A stretch of 62,771 bases of DNA, counting the filler, from an uncultured Myxococcia bacterium (GTDB lineage Bacteria > CAZTWC01), in the NCBI GenBank assembly GCA_964617105.1. It is 6 parts of 6 records of this genome, joined end to end, with 100 filler letters (N's around TTAATTAATTAA, not from the genome) between each part and the next. Parts side by side here need not be neighbours in the genome. Positions count along the whole stretch, not along the records: positions 21,267 to 31,608 come from CAZTWC010000115.1; positions 31,709 to 42,029 come from CAZTWC010000116.1; 4 more parts are not named here. One strand, written 5' to 3'. Positions 30,854 through 41,038 of the stretch are shown one piece after another. The notes beneath the pieces were generated by a model. It was not told the DNA's origin and did no database searches. It saw nothing but the letters and a program-made list of their open reading frames with translations. Position numbers and translations under genes: made by a program. The stretch's first letter is position 1; the number at the start of each line of letters is the position of its first letter.

Positions 30854-31608
30854 TCAAAAACTATGCTCCGGGCCGGGAAATTCGCCCCCCTTGACCTCTT
30901 TTTGAAAGGATTTGACACAGTCGGTTATTATCTGGGCTCCGTTTAAATATTTCTTTAAAAATTTGGGCTGAAAATCGGGATCAAACCCTAGCAAATCGTA
31001 GATAACCAACACCTGGCCATCACAATTTGGACCGGCTCCGATCCCAATGGTAGGGATTGCCAAAGAGTCGGTAATCCCAGCGGCTAAATCGGCGGGAATC
31101 CCCTCCAATACCAAAGAGTAAATCCCCGCCTCTTCCAAGGCTTTAGCCTCGGCTAATATTTTCTCTGCTCCTCTTCGCTCCTTACCTTGCACCCGGTAAC
31201 CCCCCATGGAATAAACCGACTGGGGCTTTAATCCAACATGGCCCATAACCGGAATACTAGCCCTGGTCAAAGCAGCCACTGTTTCGATTATCTCCCCGCC
31301 CCCTTCCAGTTTTACCGATTCTGCGCCCCCCTCTTTTATGGCTCGTCCACAATTGCAAATAGCCTGCTCTATTGAATGGTGGTAGGTCATAAAAGGCATA
31401 TCAGCCACCAGGTGTGCCCTTTCAAGACCGCGGGAAACACACTGGCAGTGGTAGATAGTCTGCTCCAAAGTAACCGGTATGGTATTATCGTGTCCCTGGA
31501 TCACCATTCCCAAAGAGTCACCCACCAGCAGCACCTCTATTCCAGTCCGGTCCAAAATCCGGCCAAAGGTGGCATCATAAGCAGTTAACATGGCAATCTT
31601 CTCCCCAC
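30854..31608 (-). CDS. panB: 3-methyl-2-oxobutanoate hydroxymethyltransferase, 5'-truncated by contig end
   Basis: [43 protein letters not shown]. Confidence 0.97.
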
Positions 31609-31708
31609 NNNNNNNNNNNNNNNNNNNNNNNNNNNNNNNNNNNNNNNNNNNNTTAATTAATTAANNNNNNNNNNNNNNNNNNNNNNNNNNNNNNNNNNNN
31701 NNNNNNNN
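31609..31708. other. Artificial contig linker
   Basis: N44-TTAATTAATTAA-N44. Confidence 0.99.
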
Positions 31709-34165
31709 TTCACCGAAAAATTCAAAGGAGTCTTTTACCAGTAAATCTCTGATATCGGCCACTGACTTTGAGGCGTTTTGGCGAAAGATTTTTTTCATGT
31801 TCCGTTTGCCGTACTCCTCCATCTCATGGTTGGTGTTCTCGATTAATCCATCGGTGTAGAATAGAGCAGCATCATCTTTTTCCATGGTAATCGATTTTTC
31901 CACAAATTCCGATTCCAAACTATAGCCCAACCTGGAACCGCGGGACGCCAGGGTCATGACCTTGTCTTTACCCTTAGAGTAGTAAAGAGGCACGTTATGG
32001 CCGGCATTGGAATAGACCAACTCCCTGGTTTCCGTGTCGTAACGGGCGACAAAAAAGGTCATCACATAGCGCTGCACACCGGTTTCATACACTATTTTGT
32101 TCAGGTGCTTTAAAATCATGGCGGGTGAAAGTTTTATGTCGGAATACTCTTTTTTGAAATCCTCTATCAGGCTACAGGCGGAACGTACTCCCGAGGTGAC
32201 CAGAGCGGCAGGAGTTCCGTGGCCGGTAACATCGCCGATTAAAATATATTGATAACGGCCCTCTTCGTTAAGGTAACCGTACCAGTCACCACCAGTTTCT
32301 GAGGCTGAGGTAAAGAAACCGGCAGCCTCCAGTTTATCAAATTTGGGATCATCTTCGGGAAACAGGGCTTTCTGCACTGCCTGGGCAGTTTTCAACTCCT
32401 GGTCCATCCGGGCTTTTTCCGCGGTTTCAGCCAAAAGTTCTATGTTTTTAATCTGGATAGCCACATTGGTGGCCAGGCTTTCGCCGATGTAACGGTCGTC
32501 AGTATCAAAACACATCCCCTTGGCATCCAGCCGGTCCTGCAGAATCAGCACTCCATAGGCCTCCTCCTGATAGTTGAGCGGAATAGCCATCATGCTCTTG
32601 CTGCCCCGCCAGGTGTCTTTATTGCTTTTAACAAAGTCTTTCTCCTGGTTGACATCATCAATTACCATCACTGCACGCGACAGAAAACTCTCCCCCACCA
32701 CCCCCTCGCCAACCTCAAAACTTATAGTTAATTTTTCATCCTCTGCCCAACCGTAATGTACGGTATTCTCCAGCCTCTCATCTGATTGGTTAAAGATAAA
32801 AATAGATCCTTTTCGCACCTTGAGTAAGGGGCATATATCGTTAATCGCTTGTTCTAAAAGAGGCTTTAACTCCTGCATTTTAGATATTTTGGTGCCAATC
32901 TCATGCACCTCGCCCAACTGGCTACTCAACTTGGCTGATTTTCGGTGAGCCATGGCAAAACGGGTGGAGAGCACGGCAGACTGGGAAAAGATCATAAATA
33001 CCAATCCAAACTGAATTACGTAAAAAGTGTGGATCACCTCGTTGACATGGAGGATGTCGTTGATAACCGCTATAAAGAAAATAACTGAACCGATTAGTAT
33101 CAACCCGGCGCCCAGGCGACCGTGTAATTTGGCTATAATAACTTTGACAATGGCATAAATAAAAAATATCAGAACAAGCAAATTGTAGACCAAAATCAAT
33201 TTAGTGAATAACAGCGGACTGGTTAAAATGGTAAACAGAATAGCGATTAGGCCGGTCCAGGTAGTTATCATATAAGTTCGGCGGGGGATCTCAGCGGGAA
33301 ACAGATGATGATAAAAAGCCATTAAAGCTGCCCAGCCTATAGCTACAGTGAGATATTCCACGGTCATGCGCCAGGCGAAAATATCGGCGTGGGGAAAACT
33401 CATCTCCAAATAGCTGGCGGTTACGTAAAATCTAACGAAAATATCCAGACAAATAATGGCAAAAAACAAACTGGCCTTGTCCTCCCGCCGGCCAAAAAAG
33501 AGCAGGAGGTGGTAGAGCCCCATCATCAGCAGGATACCCATCACAATTACGTTCTTGGTCTGGCTGGCCCAGTTTCGACCCTGCAACATCAATATGGGCG
33601 CTATTTGTATAGGTCCCTTTGCCATCCCGCCTACGCGGTGGGCAAAATTGGCCACCTTTACCGCCAGCACCATCTCTCTCTTTCCGGAAGAGATGGACAG
33701 GGCATTGGTAATCGGCATAAACTGAGCCCGGTAGTTCTCTTTAGTATTTCCCGGCTCGCCATTGGATGCAAACTGCTCGCCATCCACATAAATTTGAAAA
33801 GAGGTAAATATGATAGGTAAGTGAAGCCCATAGATCAATTTCTGCGATTGACTGGGCAAAATTACCTTAAGACGGTACCAACCGTAACCAGAACCTGACT
33901 TAGTTTTTTTATTCCAGGAGCCCGGCACCTTAAGGTTATCCCATTGGCTATGGTCAAAGTCCGGTTGTATAAACTCTGGCCGGTCTTCCTGCCATTTGAA
34001 TTTCCAGTCTCCCAGAAGTTTGGCCGGACCGTTTTTTTTAAAATCCCACTCAGACAGATCCAGCACCCCGCCCTCAGCCGGAGGAGTTTTCACTTTTTTC
34101 CCACCACTACAAGCAAAAGTGGTCAAGATCAACAACACAACAAAAGGAATAAACAATTTTTTCAT
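31709..34165 (-). CDS. Sensor phosphatase: extracellular sugar-binding-like domain + 7TM-DISM + GAF + SpoIIE/PP2C, 3'-truncated
   Basis: Lipobox FAC, LLGDWKFKW..VPGSW..GYGWYRL, 7 TM helices, GAF (GEGVVG, AIPL..GVL), GGDWY, GDVTGHG, NAGH, YTDGL. Confidence 0.88.
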
Positions 34166-34360
34166 TTTTTTCCTCTATCTCTGATAATAATTATTGGTTC
34201 TAACTTGCTGGATTACAACACTTTAAACGTTCAATTTCAGTGGTGTATATTATTTAAGATATATTATTTAATTAGTATTTAGATGTAACATATAACCTAA
34301 TAATTTGCAAAAAAATCTATAACTATATCAATTATTATTCCTTTTTTGCGGTTATACGGT

Positions 34361-36580
34361 TTAATCCATATAGAACTGGCAATCATCGCCTTGCCAGCGC
34401 TGTTGAGCCTCAACCTGTAGCACTTCCAGCAGAGAAGTGCCGTAGCCTCCCCCAGATATTTCGGCAAAATGCCGGGCAGCATTTTCAAGCAATTTTTCAT
34501 CACCAGGAAAACGGGCTACTTTAAACTCCTGCGAACCACTCTGGATAACTCCCAAAAACTGGCCAATGCCCCTTTTTTCCATATCGTGTCTGGCAATGGC
34601 AAACCCATCGGCGCATTGTTCCAGAAACCGTAACCGCTCCAAACTCTCCGATTCTATCTCCTGCCCAGTTAATAACAAACAATATGAACGCTCCCCTCCC
34701 CTGCCCACTCTACCTCTCATTTGGTGCAACTGAGCCAGGCCAAACCGCTCCGCATGTTCAATGGCCATGACTGTTGCCCTGGGCACATCCACCCCTACCT
34801 CTACTACGGTGGTTGACACCAAAATTTGGGTTTTCCCCTGGCAAAAGGCGGCCATGCGTACCTCTTTCTCATCCCCAGTCATTCGACCGTGAAGTAGATC
34901 CACGGTAAAATTCTTGAACAAACGCTGGCAGAATACCTGATATACCCTCTGCACATCTTTTAAATCCCCCTGGTCCGACTGCTCTATTAAAGGGCATATA
35001 AAAAAAACCTGGTGCCCCTGTTTAGCCTGCTGAAAAATCAACTCAAATGCCTCTTGCCGAAAACTGTGCTCATAGACCCTGGTTATTACCGGCTTCCTAC
35101 CCGGTGGAAGTTCATCCACCACCGACAAATCCAAATCAGCCATCAAGCCCATGGCCAGGGTTCTGGGAATGGGAGTCGCTGACATAACCAGCAGGTGAGG
35201 TATATCTTGGCCACCAAATCTGCCTTTATCCACCAGGTTGCTCCTCTGACTGACACCAAAACGGTGCTGTTCATCGATCACCACCAGGGACAATTTATGA
35301 TACTGCACTTTTTCCTGAAACAAAGCGTGAGTGCCTATGACCATAGAACAACTTCCATCTTTCAATTCTCTGGCTATTATTCGCTTTTTCTCCAGTGGTG
35401 TCTGTCCGGTTAAAAGACGAATGTCATCTGATTCCAATCCCAGGTAACCAGAAAATTCCAGACAATTTGCATACCACTGGTTGGCTAAAATTAAGGTGGG
35501 AGCCATCACTGCCACCTGCAACCCCCTGGTCCTGGCGGCAAAAGATGCCAACAGAGCCAACACGGTCTTGCCACAACCGGTATCACCCTGCAGCAACCGG
35601 TACATAGGTCGATTCTGTTCAAGATCAGCACCTATCTCAGCTACAACTCTCTTTTGGGCAGCGGTCAGGGTAAATGGAAGAAGAGTGGACATCTGCTCCA
35701 TCTTCTGACCACAAAATGGGATATGAGCAGCCCTCCTCTCCATTCTCCTTTGCCGGTTGAACCATCGACCTGCCAGCCAGGCGCATAACTCTTCAAAGGC
35801 CAAACGTTCCCTGGCCAATTTTATTTCTCTTTCGGGGTCCGGTTTGTTACTATTTTCTCTGTTGATCTGGTGAATATTAAAAAGCGCCTCTGCCAACGGA
35901 GGGAACATCAAATTCTCCCGTATTGGTTTCGGCATCCAATCTACTATCTCTTTTTCCACCATAGAGAGCGCCTCTTTAACCAAACGCTGTATTCTCTGGT
36001 CACTTATGCCCTTCAAACCCTTATAACCGGGTTCCCATTGTAAATCTGCCTCTTCCTGGCCAGCATCATCATCTCTAACTTGCCGAACCTTGGGATGGAT
36101 CATCATAAATCCGCCCCCCGCTTTTCCCTGGTAGAGTTGCAATTTTCCCCTGATCTCTTTCAGAGCGCCTGGCCGGTAACCTTTGGCCTGGCCCCGGTTA
36201 AAATTGAACCACCTGCCCCGCAACAGGCACTCTCCTTTTGGCTGGGCGCCAAAACGTACCTCCAGGACCCGGCGTCCCTTAAAAAATAATATATGGGTAG
36301 AAATTATCACCCCTTTGGTGACCACATTTTTACGCAACTCTCTCTCTGGCTCCTCTTCAGGCTGAGAAGAATAATCCAGAGGACCCTGGGAGAGAGAATC
36401 GATAGGAATAGAGATATAAGTGGTATAGGTACCAGGAAAATAATCGATCAGGTTGCCCAGGTTAAAAATCTCCTGCTGGGCAAATTTTTGGGCCAACACC
36501 GGTCCCACCCCTTTGATCTTTTGGAGTGGCTGGGACAACGCCTCCTGAAAGGAACGGTATTTTTTCAACCAATCACTCAT
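34361..36580 (-). CDS. recG: ATP-dependent DNA helicase RecG
   Basis: RLAFEEL, RLLQGDTGCGKT, VIDEQHRFGV, MSATPIPRT, EVGVDVP, QLHQMRGRVGRG. Confidence 0.95.
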   Translation of the reverse strand: MSDWLKKYRSFQEALSQPLQKIKGVGPVLAQKFAQQEIFNLGNLIDYFPGTYTTYISIPIDSLSQGPLDYSSQPEEEPERELRKNVVTKGVIISTHILFFKGRRVLEVRFGAQPKGECLLRGRWFNFNRGQAKGYRPGALKEIRGKLQLYQGKAGGGFMMIHPKVRQVRDDDAGQEEADLQWEPGYKGLKGISDQRIQRLVKEALSMVEKEIVDWMPKPIRENLMFPPLAEALFNIHQINRENSNKPDPEREIKLARERLAFEELCAWLAGRWFNRQRRMERRAAHIPFCGQKMEQMSTLLPFTLTAAQKRVVAEIGADLEQNRPMYRLLQGDTGCGKTVLALLASFAARTRGLQVAVMAPTLILANQWYANCLEFSGYLGLESDDIRLLTGQTPLEKKRIIARELKDGSCSMVIGTHALFQEKVQYHKLSLVVIDEQHRFGVSQRSNLVDKGRFGGQDIPHLLVMSATPIPRTLAMGLMADLDLSVVDELPPGRKPVITRVYEHSFRQEAFELIFQQAKQGHQVFFICPLIEQSDQGDLKDVQRVYQVFCQRLFKNFTVDLLHGRMTGDEKEVRMAAFCQGKTQILVSTTVVEVGVDVPRATVMAIEHAERFGLAQLHQMRGRVGRGGERSYCLLLTGQEIESESLERLRFLEQCADGFAIARHDMEKRGIGQFLGVIQSGSQEFKVARFPGDEKLLENAARHFAEISGGGYGTSLLEVLQVEAQQRWQGDDCQFYMD

Positions 36581-36776
36581 AATTATTTTTTCAACCCGGC
36601 ATTTACCCTGTGAAATCCGGCTTCCAGCCGGAGCAAAACTGTTTCAATTGGTTAAAGTCGCAGGAATTAATAATTTCTAAACATCAGAGATAAAATGTCG
36701 ATGTTATAGGTGAAGCATTTAAGGGGAATTCTGAGAACACCTGCTACTACGACACCTGAACACGAGGACATACGCA

Positions 36777-36917
36777 ATGAGAAACGAGTACAAACCCCTG
36801 TTTGACATCATCTCCATCCTGGACAATGAAAGAAAACTAAAAACCCTGCTGGACAATAAAAACAACAAACGGGAAAAAGAGAGAGAGAAGAAAAAACTGG
36901 AACTCACTCTAAATTAG
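36777..36917 (+). CDS. 46-aa charged small protein (below ORF-track cut-off)
   Basis: GAGG RBS, then MRNEYKPLFDIISILDNERKLKTLLDNKNNKREKEREKKKLELTLN*. Confidence 0.4.
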   Translation: MRNEYKPLFDIISILDNERKLKTLLDNKNNKREKEREKKKLELTLN

Positions 36918-37130
36918 TTCCCATCCTAATCTGCCTGAATATATTCGTTCTCCGCCGACGCCATCTCTCCATTTCAATATACTTTACCATAATTTTATCG
37001 CGCTTCTCGATATTTTTTTTGTTTGACCTTTTTTCTAATTTTAAAGATAATAACAGGTTATTATATTAATTTCATACTTAAAGTCAGCAGGATAGTGGCT
37101 GATTTTAGGTGATACCAAAGGTGAAAGTCC

Positions 37131-38109
37131 ATGCTTAAGATCGTAAAATCAAGTGAGTTTGAGAGATTGACCGCAGAAAAGGATGATCTGTCCCATAAAC
37201 ACGGCCTTTTACAGACAGAAAATGAACAACTCAAACAGGAAGTTCAAAGACTGCAGGATGAAAGCAACAATCTGGCTATGGATATGAGCGAAATTATGAT
37301 GGCCATCTCCTCTCTTAAGGAAGGTGACTTCTCCATTCAGATAAGGGAAGACTTGTCTAGCGAACTGGCTTGCCTGCTGGCGCAGCATGCAATCTCTTTC
37401 CGAAACCTCCAAAGAGATAGCCGATAACACGGTATCCCTTTCAGAAACCTCCGAACAAGCCCTTCAATCCACCAAAAATGGAATGTCAGTAGTGACTCAC
37501 ATGCTTCAGGAGATGGAAAAAATTGAAGGACAAAATAAAAATATCGCCGACAAAATTCTGATGGTGAACGAAACCAGCCAGCAAATAGAGGAGATTCTTA
37601 CTTTAATCAGCAATATCGCTGACAAGACCGATATTCTGGCCCTTAATGCCTCTCTGGAAGGAACCAGGGCCGGCGAAGCGGGTGAAGGATTTTCTCTGGT
37701 AGCTATGGAGATGAGGCGACTGGCTGAAAACGTTAGCAAATCCGCAGTGAATATCAAAGAGTTGATCAAAGATATTAAAAAGGCGGTAAACTCCTCGGTA
37801 ATGGCCACAGAGGAAGGGATCCGTCTCTCCCAAAGTGGTGTAATTTTGGCTCGGGATACCTTCACGGCTTTTGAAAATGTAAACCAGATGGTAGAAGGCA
37901 CCAGCCGCGACATCGATAATATTGCCAATGTCACCCTTCAGCAAAAAAGCAATACCGAACAGGTGATTAAGAGCATTGCCGAAATTTCCGGTATTGTCGG
38001 ACAAATGGCCAGCGGTAACAAGCAGGTGGCCCAAAGCATTCTTGAGTTAAACCAGATGACCTCCAATTTTAAAGTATTGGTGGATGAATTTCATTTGCAA
38101 GAGCATTAA
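37131..38109 (+). pseudogene. Cytoplasmic methyl-accepting chemotaxis protein split by a frameshift or deletion near 37385
   Basis: ORF1 is a coiled coil plus half a HAMP (LKEGDFSIQI..SELACL). ORF2, in another frame, has the MCP hairpin IADKTDILALNASLEGTRAGEAGEGFSLVAMEMRRLAE. No TM segment. Confidence 0.75.
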
Positions 38110-39128
38110 TGATCAAAATCCTATTAGCAGATAGTTCTCAAATTGATCGGGCCATAATCTCCTTCGCCCTATCCAAGCATAAACAGATCAGCATAGTCGG
38201 TCAGACCGGCGCTGGAGAGAAAGTGCTGGAGATGGCCGCTCAACTTAAACCAAGTGCCGTGGTTATAAGCACCAACCTGAAGAAAACTGATTTAATCTTC
38301 ATTATCCGCCACCTAATAGATAGGCAACCAGTGCCGATTATTCTTCTCAATGACGAGCAAATAAACCAGGACCAAGATCTACCCATCAAAGCCATGATGG
38401 CCGGCGCCACCGCACTGGTGAACAAACCAGCCAAAGACATGTTAGGCGACTGGATCCAACCTTTAATAAACAATATCGATTCCCTGACCGGTTTAGAAAC
38501 GCCCCGAAAAAAATCCAGACCAAGAATCTCCCGAACCAGACAGGTGTTGTCTAAAAAACCGAGACCTGGCAAGTTTAAAGCAGTGGGAATAGCATCTTCC
38601 ACCGGTGGGCCTATGGCTTTGGAACATATCCTTAAAAACCTGAAACCCCAATTCTCGGCATCGATTTTAATTGTACAACATATCACTCCGGGATTTTCCC
38701 TCGAATTGGTAAACTGGTACAATAAAATATCTCCTCTTGAAGTTCGATTGGCCCAAAAAGGCGATAGGCTGCAGCCGGCCTGCGTCTATTTGGCTCCTGA
38801 TAACCAACACATGGAAGTAACAAACCATCATATTACCCTGCACTCAAAACCACAAGTATGTGGTTTTAGGCCATCTGGAACAGTGTTGCTATCATCCCTG
38901 GCCCAAAATTTTCCGAATCAATCTTTGGGTATTATTTTAACCGGTATGGGGAAAGATGGGGTGGAGGGAATGACCCAAATAAAGGAAACCGGCGGATACA
39001 CCATTGCCCAGGACAAAGACAGTTCAGTAGTCTTCGGCATGCCGGCCAGAGCCATTGAAGCCGGGGCCATTGATGTTGTCGCCAGCCTGGAAGAAATCCC
39101 TCAAATGATCAACCAAATGGTCGCTTAG
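38109..39128 (+). CDS. cheB: Chemotaxis methylesterase CheB with degenerate receiver domain
   Basis: Triad motifs GIASSTGGP, VQHI, GMGKDG, plus VFGMP. Receiver has ADSS and VVIST where the acidic pair and phospho-Asp belong. Confidence 0.92.
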   Translation: MIKILLADSSQIDRAIISFALSKHKQISIVGQTGAGEKVLEMAAQLKPSAVVISTNLKKTDLIFIIRHLIDRQPVPIILLNDEQINQDQDLPIKAMMAGATALVNKPAKDMLGDWIQPLINNIDSLTGLETPRKKSRPRISRTRQVLSKKPRPGKFKAVGIASSTGGPMALEHILKNLKPQFSASILIVQHITPGFSLELVNWYNKISPLEVRLAQKGDRLQPACVYLAPDNQHMEVTNHHITLHSKPQVCGFRPSGTVLLSSLAQNFPNQSLGIILTGMGKDGVEGMTQIKETGGYTIAQDKDSSVVFGMPARAIEAGAIDVVASLEEIPQMINQMVA

Positions 39129-39144
39129 GGCGCCTACCGGGGAC

Positions 39145-39645
39145 TCAAACTCTCTCACCTTCAATCTCCTGCACCAAAGCATCAAAGAGAGTTATAATAT
39201 CATTATTGGCTTTGCGCATGCGTGAAGAGAGCATCCTGCTAATCTGGCGGGTAATGGGCAGGCCAATTTCCGGGTAACGATCGCCAAAGGTCAAAAAATC
39301 GGCCCGGTTGATGGTGAGAAATTTGCAGTCAGTTTCAGTAACCACCGAGGCTGAACGCTGCTCTTCGTCCACCAGAGATAACTCTCCGAAAAAACTAAAC
39401 GATTGATCTGACAGAGTGGCAACAGTAAAACGATCGCCCTGCTGGGTCATCTTCTCGATATGGACAGAACCCTGGTGAAGAATATACAGGGAGTCGCCCT
39501 GCTCTCCCTCGCGGATCACTTCGGTATTTTTTTTGCAGGAATGGAATTTGATAATCTCCATTATCTTGTTCAGATACTCATCATTATCTGCAAAATCCTT
39601 GAACAGGCTGATATTTTTTAAATGAGAGATAATATTTTCAGACAT
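39145..39645 (-). CDS. Stand-alone cyclic-nucleotide-binding domain protein
   Basis: VIREGEQGDSLYILHQGSV, FFGELSL, RSASV; no HTH. Start moved to ATG 39645 (GAGGA RBS) because the longer ORF reads into a repeat element. Confidence 0.88.
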   Translation of the reverse strand: MSENIISHLKNISLFKDFADNDEYLNKIMEIIKFHSCKKNTEVIREGEQGDSLYILHQGSVHIEKMTQQGDRFTVATLSDQSFSFFGELSLVDEEQRSASVVTETDCKFLTINRADFLTFGDRYPEIGLPITRQISRMLSSRMRKANNDIITLFDALVQEIEGERV

Positions 39646-39684
39646 ATCTTCCTCTAAATTATTTACGCACTCTTCGCGCTTTGA

Positions 39685-39846
39685 TAGTGTCCACCTGGAA
39701 ATCAATTTCGTTACGAAAATTTGGAGGCGCTTCACCAGCAAGGCGCAGAACCTGAAATCGCCGGAGGCGTATCTTTTACTACATCGAGGACGATTTCAGG
39801 TTCTGCAACGCCGCTGGTGGAGATGCATCCGAATTTGCAGTGCCGG
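39685..39846. repeat. Palindromic REP/MITE-like element, one end lost
   Basis: Perfect 16-bp stem GCAGAACCTGAAATCG (39745-39760) / CGATTTCAGGTTCTGC (39791-39806), outer stems TTCACCAGC/GCTGGTGGA and AAATTTGGA/TCCGAATTT, apical GGAGGCGTA..TACATCGAGGA, left end TAGTGTCCACCTGGAAAT. Confidence 0.75.
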
Positions 39847-41038
39847 CAATTACAATCGCTTTTGATCCCTTCTTAATCAGGTAGCCCCTCGCCGGGTTTA
39901 TGATGGGCAAGTTTGGCTCCATTTTTTTTACATTCTTAAGATTTTCCACCAAAGTGGAGATATCGGGCGTCATTTGGGCTGCGCGAATCGCCTTTTTCTT
40001 TTTACTAAAAAAATTACCGGTATTTTCCAAAAGCCCCACCAAAAGAGCATTACTCTGGTCATAAAGATGGTTGGACAATTCAGCAAAAGAGCGGTTTAAA
40101 AATTCAGAGCTTATATCCATCACTTCCAGCCGCTTTTGAGACCGGACATCTAATAGCGCATTTACTACGTGAGAGATGCCGGTGCCGGCCGAGGCATTGG
40201 CCAGCAAAGTACGCCGGTAGGCACGGCTTTTGATAACCTCATCGCAAGAGGCTATTTTTAAATATTTTTCATACTTTGCTTCCAATATTTCTGCACACTT
40301 ATAGATATTTTTGTTCAGGTTGTCAATAGTCATAACCGCCATCACCGTTCTGGCATCCACTTCTTGAGGCGACATTTGCAGATCGCTCTGGTCGGCCAAC
40401 ACCACCACCTTGGAGGCTTTATCAATATTTGCCCGCATTAAAGTAGATTCATCAGTAAAATCCCCCCGAATATAATGAAGTGAAGTAAACAGGGGCATTC
40501 CCCGCAATTCATTAATCACTCCAGGGGAAGCGCTGGTAATTAGCACGATTTTGTCCTGTAATTGGCTATTTACACTAATAATCTCTTCCAGGGTGGTCTT
40601 CATGTCATGCTTCCATCCGCAAATAACAAAATGACCACTCAAATCACTAAGGTCGCTCATACCCTTGCTCTCCTTAATGGTTTTCTCCACCAGCACACTG
40701 GCAACTTTTCCGCTGATCATACTAGCCATGATTATGCCTCCAATCATCAATATCACCCCAATAATCCTGCCCGGGGCAGTTTCCGGCACTCTATCGCCGT
40801 ACCCCTCGGTGGTAACAGTGACAAACACCCACCAAACAATATCGCCAATATCACTCAGTCCCTGGTTGATGCCGCTCTCAAAAAAATATATTGCCAAAAC
40901 CGAGATAACCATCATCAGTATAAAGGTCAAAAACACCTTGTTGTCTGTCTTGGCCCAAAACCCTTTTTTAATCGGGGTTAAGCCGGCCGGAATTATCTCA
41001 ATTTTATCTTCTGTTACCGGAGGTATTTGGTTATCCAT
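39779..41038 (-). CDS. Two-TM ion channel (K+ channel family) with RCK/TrkA-N domain
   Basis: Pore helix and filter WWVFVTVTTEGYGDRVP..GR, then RCK HFVICGW, GDFTDESTLMRANI..A. Confidence 0.88.
   Translation of the reverse strand: MDNQIPPVTEDKIEIIPAGLTPIKKGFWAKTDNKVFLTFILMMVISVLAIYFFESGINQGLSDIGDIVWWVFVTVTTEGYGDRVPETAPGRIIGVILMIGGIIMASMISGKVASVLVEKTIKESKGMSDLSDLSGHFVICGWKHDMKTTLEEIISVNSQLQDKIVLITSASPGVINELRGMPLFTSLHYIRGDFTDESTLMRANIDKASKVVVLADQSDLQMSPQEVDARTVMAVMTIDNLNKNIYKCAEILEAKYEKYLKIASCDEVIKSRAYRRTLLANASAGTGISHVVNALLDVRSQKRLEVMDISSEFLNRSFAELSNHLYDQSNALLVGLLENTGNFFSKKKKAIRAAQMTPDISTLVENLKNVKKMEPNLPIINPARGYLIKKGSKAIVIAGTANSDASPPAALQNLKSSSM

Noticed and set aside
36590-36670. Hairpin CCGGCTTCCAGCCGG upstream of recG as a riboswitch
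   Set aside because: One short stem only; no recognisable c-di-GMP, SAM, TPP or cobalamin aptamer motifs.
39646-39741. N-terminal extension of the cNMP-binding ORF (MLVKRLQIFVTKLISRWTLS..)
   Set aside because: It is mostly a translation of the palindromic element's arm; the RBS-supported start is ATG 39645.
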